Part shown: positions 21,154-30,865 of the stretch, piece after piece | Position numbering within the stretch: the first letter of the stretch is position 1 | Layout: every line of letters begins with the position of its first letter | Assembly: GCA_002684655.1 (NCBI GenBank) | Contig: NYVR01000003.1 | Span: forward strand, 22,974-86,973 | Origin: Planctomycetota bacterium | GTDB taxonomy: Bacteria > Planctomycetota > UBA1135 > UBA2386 | DNA: 64,000 nucleotides | Direction: 5' to 3' | Made by a program: the position numbers and the translations under genes | The notes under the pieces: generated by a model | The model's input: only the letters and a program-made list of their open reading frames with translations | The model's database searches: none | Told to the model about the DNA's origin: nothing

Positions 21154-22388
21154 TGAAGGCTGACACGATGAGCATGAAGACGCTCCGCGACGCGGTCCTG
21201 GTAGCTGTCGTCGCGGTGTTGACGGTGCAGGGGTTGCGGCGCTTTTGCGGCGAACGCTACATCGTACCCTCCGACAGCATGCAGCCGCTCCTTTATGGGG
21301 ACCCGCAGCGCGGCGACGTTGTCTTCGTCGATCGGATGTCTTCTGCCGGCTCGCGGCGTCGCGGTGACCTCGTGGTCGTCGATTCGCCAAAGCTCGAAGG
21401 TCACCAGCTTGTTAAGCGGATCGCTGCGCGCGGCGACGACGCGCTGTGTTGGGTCGACATCGTCCAAGGCGATATCTGGTTGGGAGAGAATGCGCAGCAG
21501 ATGCGCCGCGAGGTCAAGGATCCCCGTGCTGCCATGTCGCGCAGCGTCACCTGGGCACGCGCAGGTGACGCGGGTCCTTCGGAGACGTTGCTGGACTTGA
21601 GCGCGGCCGCGTCGGCGCGTAGGGGGCGCTGGAAATTGACGCCGATGGCCGCGAACGTCGCCGCCGCTCGCGCGGTGTTCGCGCCAGAGCGACGCGCAGC
21701 TCGGCACAGCGCCGACCTGGGTCAAGTTCTACCTGGCGGGACCGTCGGGACGGCGCGCTTCGTCGACGCATCCTTTTTGGATTTGGCCGGTGTTCGGCGT
21801 CGCGGTGGGGAAGACGTTACCGTCGCAGACTGCGGGATGGAGATGCGGTTTGATAACGCTCCCGCGGTCATCCTCTTGACCATCGACAGCACGGATTTCG
21901 CGACGACGTTCGTCTGGAGCGCGACGCAAAATGAGCTGCAGGTGTGGGTCGATGGGCGACGTGTTGTCCGGCGCGCCGACGTGCTCGAGGCAAGCTGGGC
22001 AGGCTATGTTGCTTTCGGTCGGCTGGACGGCCGCGACTTCCTTTTGCTAGACGACGATCACCAATACGCCCGCGAAACTCCGAAGCAGCTTCGCTCTCCG
22101 CGTCCGCGGACGTGGCTGCACGTTGGCGTTGTCGGCGCGGAAGCTGCCTACATTGAGTCCATGCGGGTCTTTCGTGACCTCTACGCGTATCGAGATCCGG
22201 TGACGAGCGTCGGCGAAGCGAAGCCTTGGCCAAAGTTCGTCCGGCCCGGCCATTGGTTCCTGCTCGGGGACAACGCGTTTGATTCGCGCGACAGTCGTCA
22301 CTTCGGCGATGTAGCCGCTGAGACTTTTCTAGGCGTGCCGGCGGCCGTAATCGCGCCGTGGTCGCGTGCTCGAGCGATCAAGCGATGA
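21153..22388 (+). CDS. lepB: Signal peptidase I (S26) with a large insertion
   Basis: VPSDSMQP (catalytic Ser), LVKRI (Lys), LLGDNAFDSRDSRHFG. Confidence 0.85.
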   Translation: MKADTMSMKTLRDAVLVAVVAVLTVQGLRRFCGERYIVPSDSMQPLLYGDPQRGDVVFVDRMSSAGSRRRGDLVVVDSPKLEGHQLVKRIAARGDDALCWVDIVQGDIWLGENAQQMRREVKDPRAAMSRSVTWARAGDAGPSETLLDLSAAASARRGRWKLTPMAANVAAARAVFAPERRAARHSADLGQVLPGGTVGTARFVDASFLDLAGVRRRGGEDVTVADCGMEMRFDNAPAVILLTIDSTDFATTFVWSATQNELQVWVDGRRVVRRADVLEASWAGYVAFGRLDGRDFLLLDDDHQYARETPKQLRSPRPRTWLHVGVVGAEAAYIESMRVFRDLYAYRDPVTSVGEAKPWPKFVRPGHWFLLGDNAFDSRDSRHFGDVAAETFLGVPAAVIAPWSRARAIKR

Positions 22389-22954
22389 GCGGTGATGACC
22401 CCCGAGATTTCGAAGAAGCGCCCGATCCACTCTTGGTCCTTGGTTTGGCTGTCGTGGTCTACGGCGCGCTCGTCATGGCGGCCCTCTTCTGGCTGTGGTG
22501 TCGCGAGCGGACTGGCGTCGTCGCGGAGCAGTCGATCGGTCGGTTCGGCCCGTGGGCTGCGTCGGGCGCAGGCCTCGCGATCGGCGTGGCGTGCGCTGCC
22601 GCCTACACAAAGGCGCGCCGCGCGCAGCGGGGGCTCAACGAGCTCCACGTGATCGTTGAGCACATGTTCGCCCGCTGGGACGAGCGCGCCGGGATTGCGT
22701 TTGCGATCCTCGCGGCGTTCGCGGAAGAGTTGTTCTTCAGGCTCGCGGTCCAAGACGCCATGGGCTTGACCGGTTCGGTCATCGTCTACGTCCTGCTGAA
22801 CATTCGTGCGGTCGGGCTTCGCTGGGCCGCGTTCACCTGCGCCCATGCTGTCGCGCTCGGGGGGCTCGTAGAGCTTGGCTTCGGCCTCTTGGGATCGACC
22901 TCCGCTCACGCTGTATTCAACTACCTGATTTTGCGAAGCCCCCACCGTTCATGA
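22385..22954 (+). CDS. CPBP/Abi (CAAX-like) intramembrane metalloprotease
   Basis: Multi-TM; AEELFFR and AHAVFN motifs; ATGA overlaps at both ends. Confidence 0.8.
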   Translation: MSGDDPRDFEEAPDPLLVLGLAVVVYGALVMAALFWLWCRERTGVVAEQSIGRFGPWAASGAGLAIGVACAAAYTKARRAQRGLNELHVIVEHMFARWDERAGIAFAILAAFAEELFFRLAVQDAMGLTGSVIVYVLLNIRAVGLRWAAFTCAHAVALGGLVELGFGLLGSTSAHAVFNYLILRSPHRS

Positions 22955-24774
22955 CGACTCGACTTCGATCTCGGATCCTGCCGATCGCTGCTTCGATCTG
23001 CTGCTGCGCGCTGCTGGCATCCCAGCAGCGGCCGCCGAAGCCTAGCGCCATGCTATTGCCGCAAGGTCTCGCGTTGCCGCGCGGTGAACGCGACATCACG
23101 ATTGACGGCTCGCTGATCGATTGGCCGAAGCTCCCAGCGATGCAGCTGAACGACCGACGTCAGCTGTCCGGAACAGGGCACGGCGCGTGGCGCGGATTCG
23201 ACGACGCGAGCGGGGCTGTCTTCATGCTCTGGGATCAAAACGCGCTCTACGTCGCTTGTACTGCTCGTGACGAGTGGCACCGCGCTCTGGACGCTAACAC
23301 CCTGCAGCTGACGGAGGTCCCGGCGGCTGACTCGCTGATGTTGACGTTCGATCCGGGGCGCAACACGCGATCGAACGGACCGGACCCGGGCCGCGAGGAC
23401 GACCGTGAGTTCTGGATCGCTGACGAAAACGGCCGGGAGGTCGTCCAGTGGGATCGACTACGCGGGACGGCCCGGGTGTTACCAGCGCCTGCCCGTATGG
23501 TCGTCGTTCACGATCAAGAGCAGGGCATCACGAGCTATGAGGCGCTGCTCCCGTGGAGCGAGATCCTGCCGCCGGGCAAACAGGCTGGCCCTGGCATGGT
23601 GATAGATCTGCAGCTCGTCCTAAACGACTTCGACGAGAAGACGGACAGCATGCCGCAGACCCGAATCGGCTGGACGTTTGGCATGGGGCCGATCGTTGAC
23701 CCGGGGGTCTTGGGCAGCCTGATGTTGTGTAGGGATGACATGGCGTTGCGGGGCGAGGTGCCGGAGTTCCCGCCAAAGCCTGGCGTCACCCGTTCATCGG
23801 TCGATGCGCCGCAGTATTGGCGCGACGTGACCGCTGAACTTCTCCGCCGTCCGCCGGTCCTATATGACGGCCGGTTGACGCCGCAGGAGACTGGCGGCCT
23901 TGAGCGGCTGAAGGTTTTAGAGCAGATCGACGGCCAAGCAGAGCGGATGCCGCGCGTTGACTGGTTGGAGCTCCACCAGCGCGTCAACCGCCGGATGTCC
24001 AGAGAGGTCGCTGGTTTGACCGGTCGCGGGTTCGCGATGTGGCTCAGGGAGCGGACGCACGCGGTCAGCAAACAGGGCGAAGACAGCGTCCCGGATGGCG
24101 GGGTCCGGTTGTTTCGTTTACCTGCGGGCGGCTGGCTCGTTCGGTCGAACACGCAGAACTTGTTGATCGATGCCGCTGGTCCTGATGTGCAGCGGTGGCT
24201 TTGGGGCGGCGCGGAGATCTGCATCCTCACGCAGCCGCTCACGATGACACGGCGAAACGACGAGCTGTTGATCCGCATGTTCACTGCCGACCCCGTCCGC
24301 CCCGTGTTGGCGCACATCGTCTTTCACATGCCCGTCGTGGCGATGGACAAGATCCCGTTGATGAAGCTCGGCGAGACGATAAGCGGGAAGCCTGGGGTCC
24401 GTGTCCGCGCGCTGGGCGCGCCGACAGCCGATGGTCGGGTCCCCTATGACTGCAGCTACCAGGTCGAAATAAGCGGCTGCCCGACGATCGTCTTCATCGG
24501 CCCGACGCTGACGCCGGCCTCTGTTGAAGCGTCGCTGGGAGCAGGTGTAATGATAGTGTCTTCGCGTAACCCGTCCGTGCCGTCGATCGTGGCGAAGCTC
24601 AAGCCGGATGTTGTGCTCTTCGACGACGCCTTCAAACCCCAGGAGTATGCAAATACTCCCCGTATCCGGCTGAAGAACATCCATCAGATGCAGCGCGCGC
24701 TGCTTCCTGCTAAGTCGGTGCTCCTCGGCCCGGGTGAATCGTGGACTGTGCGTAAGGAGCCTGCTCCGAAGTAG
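22951..24774 (+). CDS. Secreted CBM9/DOMON-like sugar-binding protein with a degenerate MBL-fold C-terminus
   Basis: ITIDGSLIDW, MLWDQNALYVA, DSLMLTFDP, YEALLPWSEI, LVLNDFD; C-terminal GWLVRS...LLIDA. Confidence 0.65.
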   Translation: MTTRLRSRILPIAASICCCALLASQQRPPKPSAMLLPQGLALPRGERDITIDGSLIDWPKLPAMQLNDRRQLSGTGHGAWRGFDDASGAVFMLWDQNALYVACTARDEWHRALDANTLQLTEVPAADSLMLTFDPGRNTRSNGPDPGREDDREFWIADENGREVVQWDRLRGTARVLPAPARMVVVHDQEQGITSYEALLPWSEILPPGKQAGPGMVIDLQLVLNDFDEKTDSMPQTRIGWTFGMGPIVDPGVLGSLMLCRDDMALRGEVPEFPPKPGVTRSSVDAPQYWRDVTAELLRRPPVLYDGRLTPQETGGLERLKVLEQIDGQAERMPRVDWLELHQRVNRRMSREVAGLTGRGFAMWLRERTHAVSKQGEDSVPDGGVRLFRLPAGGWLVRSNTQNLLIDAAGPDVQRWLWGGAEICILTQPLTMTRRNDELLIRMFTADPVRPVLAHIVFHMPVVAMDKIPLMKLGETISGKPGVRVRALGAPTADGRVPYDCSYQVEISGCPTIVFIGPTLTPASVEASLGAGVMIVSSRNPSVPSIVAKLKPDVVLFDDAFKPQEYANTPRIRLKNIHQMQRALLPAKSVLLGPGESWTVRKEPAPK

Positions 24775-24904
24775 CGCTGTTCGCAGTAAGGACATATGGC
24801 TCGCATAATTCTCCAGCTTGCCATAGGTTTCCGGCGCCCGGTCGCGTCTTTGCTGTATGTAAGCTGCGCGTCCTCGCCTCATATAACCCCGCTTTGATCC
24901 CAAT

Positions 24905-25306
24905 ATGGCCGCAAAGAAGGCAAACCCCGGCTTCGAATTCATCGTCGCCGCGCTCAAGAAGAACCCCAAAGCCACCTACAAGGACATCACTACAGCTGCT
25001 GCGAAGAAGAAGCTGAAGCTGTTCCCGGTCATGTTCGGCAGGGCGCAGGCGATGCTCGGCATCGTTAAGCAGGCGGCGCGTGGCAAAGGCAAGGCGGCCA
25101 AGGCCAAAGCCAAGGCGAGGGCGAAGGCCCTGCCGACGCCAGCGAAGCGCGGTCCCGGAAGGCCGCGTAAGAACGCCGCGCCGAGCATCGACGGGTCGCT
25201 CGAAAGTATCGTGTCCGCAGTGAAGAGCAGTGAACAGGCTAAGGCCCGTTACCGCGCCGCCCTCGAGAAGATCCACTCGATCATCTCGGACGCGCTGGCG
25301 GACTGA
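24905..25306 (+). CDS. Small Lys/Ala-rich protein with an AT-hook, putative nucleoid-associated protein
   Basis: KRGPGRPRK AT-hook, KAKAKA tract, C-terminal coiled coil; Lys codons mostly AAG. Confidence 0.75.
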   Translation: MAAKKANPGFEFIVAALKKNPKATYKDITTAAAKKKLKLFPVMFGRAQAMLGIVKQAARGKGKAAKAKAKARAKALPTPAKRGPGRPRKNAAPSIDGSLESIVSAVKSSEQAKARYRAALEKIHSIISDALAD

Positions 25307-25353
25307 TCCGAGCCCAGCGGCGCAGCGCAGCTAGGTCGGCTGTCGAGCGCCGT

Positions 25354-25387
25354 AGCCCCGCTGGCTCTCTGTAGACCAGCGGCGGCT
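25354..25387. terminator. Stem-loop between convergent genes
   Basis: AGCC-CCGCTGG ... CCAGCGG-C-GGCT inverted repeat. Confidence 0.4.
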
Positions 25388-25408
25388 CTCCCGCTTGCGA
25401 CGCGGTCG

Positions 25409-26305
25409 CTACCGCGATCCATCTAGCAGCTCGCGCCAGCGCGGCATGTCGCGCTCTGTGCGCTGGCGGCGCAGATGCTCTGTAAACAAGTGCGACAAGC
25501 TGGCTGTTCGTGATGAGGAGTTCATCGGGCGCCCGTCCAAGTGGCTGACCGGCGAGATGTCACGCAGCGTGCTGCACAGGAACAGCTCATCCGCTGCCAT
25601 GAGGTCTTCGCGGGTCAGCGGGTGCTCGCAGACGCGTTGACCATCTTCGGCAAGCAGGTCCAGGATCGCCCGCCTGGTGATGCCAGCGAGGATGCCAGCC
25701 CCAAGCGGGGGCGTGCACCAAGCACCTTGTCGCAGCGCGAACAGGTTCGCGGTGGACGCCTCCGTCACGGCGCCGTCAGTGTTGAGCATCACGCAGTCTG
25801 TCGCGCCCTGGGACCTTGCCTCTGCGAGGGCGAGCACGTTGTTTAGGTAGTTGCCGCTCTTTACGGCGGGGTCGAGCGCGCGTCGGTCGTTGCGGACGCG
25901 TTCGACGATCCTCAGGTGTACTGGTTTCCCGGCGGCCAGCTCTAGCGGTCGCACGAGGATGACCCACGTCTGCGGACTGTTTGCGTAAGCCAGATCGATG
26001 TTTGGCGCGTCGCCGACGCCGCGCGTGACGACGACTCTCACGTAGCTGTCGCCGTGATCGGCGGCGGTAACCGTCTCGTGGATCCTGCGCGCGATGACGT
26101 GCTCGTCCACGTCTAACGCCATCATCAAACCAGCCGCAGATCTACTTAGTCGGCTCCAGTGTTCATCCCAAAACAATGGCGTACCGTCGTGTACGCGGAT
26201 GACCTCGTAGACAGAGTCTCCGAACAGGAAGCCGCGGTCTGACACCGGAACTCGACCTGCTGGCTCTTGGGTGATGACGCCGTCAATGTTGCACAGGTTC
26301 ACCAT
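25409..26305 (-). CDS. Class IV PLP aminotransferase (D-amino acid/branched-chain/ADC lyase family)
   Basis: DRGFLFGDSVYEV, KSGNYL, EASTANLF, ILAGITR, ADELFLCST. Confidence 0.92.
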   Translation of the reverse strand: MVNLCNIDGVITQEPAGRVPVSDRGFLFGDSVYEVIRVHDGTPLFWDEHWSRLSRSAAGLMMALDVDEHVIARRIHETVTAADHGDSYVRVVVTRGVGDAPNIDLAYANSPQTWVILVRPLELAAGKPVHLRIVERVRNDRRALDPAVKSGNYLNNVLALAEARSQGATDCVMLNTDGAVTEASTANLFALRQGAWCTPPLGAGILAGITRRAILDLLAEDGQRVCEHPLTREDLMAADELFLCSTLRDISPVSHLDGRPMNSSSRTASLSHLFTEHLRRQRTERDMPRWRELLDGSR

Positions 26306-26542
26306 GGATCGCCGCGATGGTAAGCTCGCGCCGGAGCATGTGCCGCATCATCTCGGTCTTCAACATCGTGGATGTAGGCAGCAGCTCCAGGTTTCGAGGC
26401 GACCTATGACGTTCCACACGACAACCTGCGTGTTTGGCCTAGCGCGCCGGTCGCGCGCGCCTGGACGCGAGGACAAGTCCGGCGCCTGTGAGGTCGCCAC
26501 GGGCTGTGGTCAGGGCGCTGACAGAGCGCCAGGTGACGTGAC

Positions 26543-27541
26543 GTGAGCGTTGGCGGCGACGACCTAAGCGGGCAGGGCACCGACCTCGTCGTCGCGGCCC
26601 CGTTCTTTGTCGTCGGCGCAGAGCGCTCGGGGACCACCCTGCTGCGATTGATGCTCGACCACCACCCGGAGATCGCGTGTCACTACGAGTTCGAATTCAG
26701 CGTCGATCTCGTCTCCAACGATGGCCAGATGCCGGCCATCGACGACGTGCGCCGCAGCTTTGAGCGTCCGTGGCTCCGCGACGCGCTCTCCGCGCCGGGG
26801 TGTGACGGTGTTTTTCCCAGCTGCCGGACCCACGAGGAGTTCGTTAACTGGAAGCTCTGCCGTTGGCGTGATGCGTCCGGAAAGCACGACGTCGGCGCGA
26901 CGGTCCACCGGCACTTTGACAGGTTGACCCATATTTGGCCGGAGGCCCGCTTCGTCCACATTGTTCGTGACGGCCGCGACGTCGCGCGATCGCGCGTCCA
27001 GATGATGTGGCATGGAAACGTCTGGACCGCCATCGACGTATGGCTCGAGGCTGAGGCGTCATGGGAGGTCCTGTGCGGGCGCGTGCAGGCTTCTAGGCGG
27101 ATGGAGATCTGCTACGAGGATTTCGTCCGGTCACCACGGCAGACGCTGTCTGAGGTGTGCGCGTTCCTCGGTCGCTCGTTCTCTGATCGTATGTTCGATT
27201 ACTCGCAGCAGACCACCTACGACCGCCCGGACGCCGCGAACGTCCAGCGCTGGCGGGACCGGTCGACTCCGCGCGACATCCAGTTGATGGAGTGCAAGGC
27301 GGGGGAGATCCTCGCGGCGCGGGGTTACGAGCTGAGCGGTCTGGATCGTATCGACGTGTCAGCTGCCGAGGACGCGGCGCTCCGCAGCGCGTGCCTCGCC
27401 GAGAGGCGACGCATGCGCGTGGAGAGATACGGCCTGCCGATGCTCTTGGCGCGAAAAGCGGCGGCGGCGATGCGGATTGGGCCGCTCAGGAGATGGATCG
27501 ACGAGCGGATGCATGCGGTCGACTTGAGCTATATCAAGTGA
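26543..27541 (+). CDS. Sulfotransferase
   Basis: 5'-PSB loop GAERSGTTLL, RDGRDVARS, YEDFVRSP. Confidence 0.9.
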   Translation: MSVGGDDLSGQGTDLVVAAPFFVVGAERSGTTLLRLMLDHHPEIACHYEFEFSVDLVSNDGQMPAIDDVRRSFERPWLRDALSAPGCDGVFPSCRTHEEFVNWKLCRWRDASGKHDVGATVHRHFDRLTHIWPEARFVHIVRDGRDVARSRVQMMWHGNVWTAIDVWLEAEASWEVLCGRVQASRRMEICYEDFVRSPRQTLSEVCAFLGRSFSDRMFDYSQQTTYDRPDAANVQRWRDRSTPRDIQLMECKAGEILAARGYELSGLDRIDVSAAEDAALRSACLAERRRMRVERYGLPMLLARKAAAAMRIGPLRRWIDERMHAVDLSYIK

Positions 27542-27636
27542 CGCTGGGCGATACCTGCGGAACCACCGACCCTCGCCGGATGAAGCTTGCGTGAGGCCCT
27601 CGGCGGCCCTACGCAGATACCCTCGCGAAAGATCCG

Positions 27637-27882
27637 ATGCTCGAAATCTACCTAGACCCAAGCTGTCCATTCTGTGTTGCCGTCACCGACCACCTCGAGA
27701 AGAACGAGATCCCTTACACGCCAAAGGTGCTCTCGATCTTCTCGGACTCCGAGGTCCGGCGGCAGCTGGTCGCGCTCGGCGGCAAGTCACAAGTGCCGTT
27801 CTTGCATCACCCGGAGCGTGATGTGCTCATGTATGAGTCTGCGGACATTATCGCGTATGCGGATGAACATGGCCGGAGCTAG
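27637..27882 (+). CDS. Glutaredoxin / GST N-terminal domain protein
   Basis: CPFC, GGKSQVPFL, MYESADIIAY. Confidence 0.9.
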   Translation: MLEIYLDPSCPFCVAVTDHLEKNEIPYTPKVLSIFSDSEVRRQLVALGGKSQVPFLHHPERDVLMYESADIIAYADEHGRS

Positions 27883-27886
27883 GAGG
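27881..27886 (+). promoter_or_regulatory. Shine-Dalgarno sequence of the ABC ATPase gene
   Basis: AGGAGG 5 nt upstream of GTG 27892, overlapping the grx stop codon. Confidence 0.6.
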
Positions 27887-27891
27887 GCTTG

Positions 27892-28842
27892 GTGACTCAG
27901 GCGAATGTCGCGCCAGCCCTCCGAATCCGCGGACTGAGCAAGACCTATAAGAACGGAGTCGAGGCGCTGAAGGGCATCGACCTCGATGTTCCTGAGGGTG
28001 AGTTTTTTGGCTTGTTGGGCCCGAACGGCGCCGGGAAGTCCACGACGATCGGTGTCGTCACGTCGCTGATCAATCGCAGCGGGGGGGCCATCGAGGTGTT
28101 CGGTGTAGACACCGAACAGGACCTAGAGGGCGCCAAGCGACTGATCGGCGTTGTCCCGCAAGAGCTCAACATCAACCAGTTCGAGCAGCCGCTACAGATC
28201 GTCGCGCAGCAGGCGGGTTACTACGGCGTGCCTTGGCGAGAGGCCCGCGAGCGGGCGGGCGAGTGTCTGCGGTGGATGGGTCTCTGGGATAAGCGCGGCG
28301 TAATGGCCCGGTCGCTTTCGGGGGGCATGAAGCGTCGTCTGATGATCGCGAGGGCGCTGGTTCACGGTCCGCGGTTGTTGATCCTCGACGAGCCTACGGC
28401 GGGCGTCGACATCGAGATTCGTCGCGCGACTTGGGATCTCCTACAAGAGATCAACGCGGCGGGCACGACGATCATCTTGACGACGCACTACCTCGAAGAA
28501 GCCGAGGCGCTTTGCCGGCGGATCGCGATCATCGACGGCGGTTGCATCGTGCAAGACACCGACACCCGCTCCTTGCTTGCACAGCTCGCGATCGAAACGT
28601 TCGTGCTAGATCCTCACGAACCGCTAGCGGCGGCGCCGCCAATCGACGGCTACGAGGCGCGGCTCCGTGACGACGGCTCATTTGAGGTAGAGGTGGCGCG
28701 CTCTTCCAGCATCAACGAGCTCTTCTCCGCGCTTGACGGTGCCGGCATTCAGGTTCGCTCGATGCGAAACAAGGCCAACCGTCTTGAAGAGCTATTTTTG
28801 CGGCTAGTGGACAACGCCGGCGGCGACGGGGTGGTTTCGTGA
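27892..28842 (+). CDS. yadG: ABC-2 exporter ATP-binding subunit (YadG-like)
   Basis: GPNGAGKST, LSGGMKRRLMIARAL, DEPTAGVDIEIRR, SMRNKANRLEELF. Confidence 0.88.
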   Translation: MTQANVAPALRIRGLSKTYKNGVEALKGIDLDVPEGEFFGLLGPNGAGKSTTIGVVTSLINRSGGAIEVFGVDTEQDLEGAKRLIGVVPQELNINQFEQPLQIVAQQAGYYGVPWREARERAGECLRWMGLWDKRGVMARSLSGGMKRRLMIARALVHGPRLLILDEPTAGVDIEIRRATWDLLQEINAAGTTIILTTHYLEEAEALCRRIAIIDGGCIVQDTDTRSLLAQLAIETFVLDPHEPLAAAPPIDGYEARLRDDGSFEVEVARSSSINELFSALDGAGIQVRSMRNKANRLEELFLRLVDNAGGDGVVS

Positions 28843-29684
28843 CGAGTTCTGGCGATGTGCCTCACCGCGCGCCGAAGGCGAGGCTCGCTCCGGTTACGGA
28901 GACGAGTCGCTCACGCCTTCACGAAGGTTGGGTTGGCTTCGTTACGGTCGTTCGCCGCGAGGTGCAGCGTGTTCTGCGGATCTGGCCGCAGACGTTGCTG
29001 CCGCCGGTCATAACGACCAGTCTCTACTTCGTGATCTTCGGGCCCGTGTTGGGTGAGCGCATCGGGGAGATGGAGGGCTTTAACTACCTGCAGTTCGTTA
29101 CGCCCGGTCTCATCATGATGGCGGTGCTGACGAACTCGTATCAAAACGTCGTATCGTCGCTCTTCGGGGCGAAGTTTCAGAGCCACATCGAAGAGATGTT
29201 GGTCTCGCCGATGTCCGCGCACGCGATCTTGTTGGGGTTCGCGATCGGCGGCGTATTCCGGGGATTGGTCATCGGGGCCATCGTCGCGGCGGTGTCTGTC
29301 GCCTTTGTCGACTTGCCTATCGCGCATCCGCTTTGGACGATCTTGGTCGGCGTCGCGACGTCGATCGCCTTCGCGTTTGGCGGCTTCATAAACGCAATGG
29401 TTGCGCGAAACTTCGACGACGTGTCGATCGTCCCGACGTTCGTTTTGACGCCGCTGACGATGCTCGGTGGGGTCTTTTACTCCGTCGAGTTGTTAGGCGA
29501 GCCGTGGCGGACGGTCTCCTACTGCAACCCCATCCTCTACATGGTGAACGCATTTCGACATAGCATCCTGGGGAGTTCCGACTTGCCGATCTCTGTCGCT
29601 GGCGGCGTCCTCGGGCTGTTCATTGTCGGCTTCTATACTGTCGCGATCATCATGCTGAGACGCGGCGTCGGGATTAGGAGTTGA
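28839..29684 (+). CDS. yadH: ABC-2 exporter permease (YadH-like)
   Basis: RIWPQTLLPPVIT, PGLIMMAVLTNSY, FDDVSIVPTFVLTPL, NPILYMVNAFR. Confidence 0.88.
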   Translation: MTSSGDVPHRAPKARLAPVTETSRSRLHEGWVGFVTVVRREVQRVLRIWPQTLLPPVITTSLYFVIFGPVLGERIGEMEGFNYLQFVTPGLIMMAVLTNSYQNVVSSLFGAKFQSHIEEMLVSPMSAHAILLGFAIGGVFRGLVIGAIVAAVSVAFVDLPIAHPLWTILVGVATSIAFAFGGFINAMVARNFDDVSIVPTFVLTPLTMLGGVFYSVELLGEPWRTVSYCNPILYMVNAFRHSILGSSDLPISVAGGVLGLFIVGFYTVAIIMLRRGVGIRS

Positions 29685-29690
29685 GCCCTG

Positions 29691-30851
29691 GTGCGCCACT
29701 TGCAGGATGACCAGCTGCTGCTGCGTAAAGGCCTAGAAGAGGAGGTCTACGTCGGGACCAGCGACGCGGACATCGTGCCGCTCTCTCACCGGATAGCCGC
29801 TGACTTGTCGGGGTTCGTCACTGAGCCGGACTCCCGGAACGTCGAATACACGACGCCCCCGGTTCGCTCGTACGAACAAATGCTCGACAAGTTGATGTCG
29901 CAGCGCTGTCGCCTGCGCCGCTACGTCAAAGACTTGGGTGGATATACGCTGGTGCCGGGGTCGACGATGTCGATGGTCACGGACGATGAGTTCTTCATCT
30001 CCAACCCAAAAAATCCGTACTACCGATTTATTCGCGACAACTACGGCACCGACGTGGTGACTGCGAGCACGCACATCAACCTCGGCATCGCGGACCCCGA
30101 GCAGCTCATCAAGGCATACCGGCTGCTCCGAGCTGAAGCGTCGATGTATCTCGCCCTCACCGCGAACTCGCCGTTTCGTTATGGCCGGCCGACGGGCGCG
30201 CACTCGACACGCTGGCAGGTGTTTCCTCCGACGCCGGCGGTCACGCCCTTCTTCGTCGATCACGCGCATTTTCGGTCATGGGTCGCCGAGCAGCTCGCGG
30301 CGGGCACAATGTTCAACCCACGCCACCTGTGGTTGTCGATTCGTCCGAACGGCCAGGGCACGCCAGACGTGCTGGAGCGCCTTGAGCTGAGGATCTGCGA
30401 CCGCATCGCTCGACCTCAGGACGTCGCTGCGATCGTCGCGCTTATGGAGGCGCGCGTATGGCAGTCTCTTGAAGACCCGAGCATCGATCCGCTCGCGGTT
30501 CGCAGCGAAGATGAGCTGCAGCAAATCTGTGCCGATAACGAACGTCGCGCCGCGGAGGCGAGCCTCGAAGCTGTGGTGACAGACTGGCAGACAGGAGAGG
30601 ACGTGTCCATGCGACGATGGATCGAGGAGTGCTGGCGCGCCTGCGTTCCTACCGCCGAGTCACACGGCTTCGCCAATCACCTCGCTCCGCTGGGGTCGAT
30701 TTTGTCGGAGGGGAACTTCTCCCAACAGTGGTTGTCACGGGTTGCCGCAGGGGCAGAGCCTCGGGACGTCTTGCGCGACGCGATCATCGAGCTCACGGAA
30801 GTGGACCGCCGTTACGATCCAGATTGCCCGTCGGCGTCATCTCGGAGCTAG
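29691..30851 (+). CDS. gshA: Glutamate--cysteine ligase, cyanobacterial-type
   Basis: KGLEEE, EPDSRNVEYTTPP, YGTDVVTASTHINLG, HLWLSIRPNG, RLELRICD. Confidence 0.88.
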   Translation: MRHLQDDQLLLRKGLEEEVYVGTSDADIVPLSHRIAADLSGFVTEPDSRNVEYTTPPVRSYEQMLDKLMSQRCRLRRYVKDLGGYTLVPGSTMSMVTDDEFFISNPKNPYYRFIRDNYGTDVVTASTHINLGIADPEQLIKAYRLLRAEASMYLALTANSPFRYGRPTGAHSTRWQVFPPTPAVTPFFVDHAHFRSWVAEQLAAGTMFNPRHLWLSIRPNGQGTPDVLERLELRICDRIARPQDVAAIVALMEARVWQSLEDPSIDPLAVRSEDELQQICADNERRAAEASLEAVVTDWQTGEDVSMRRWIEECWRACVPTAESHGFANHLAPLGSILSEGNFSQQWLSRVAAGAEPRDVLRDAIIELTEVDRRYDPDCPSASSRS

Positions 30852-30865
30852 GCGGCCACGCCATC

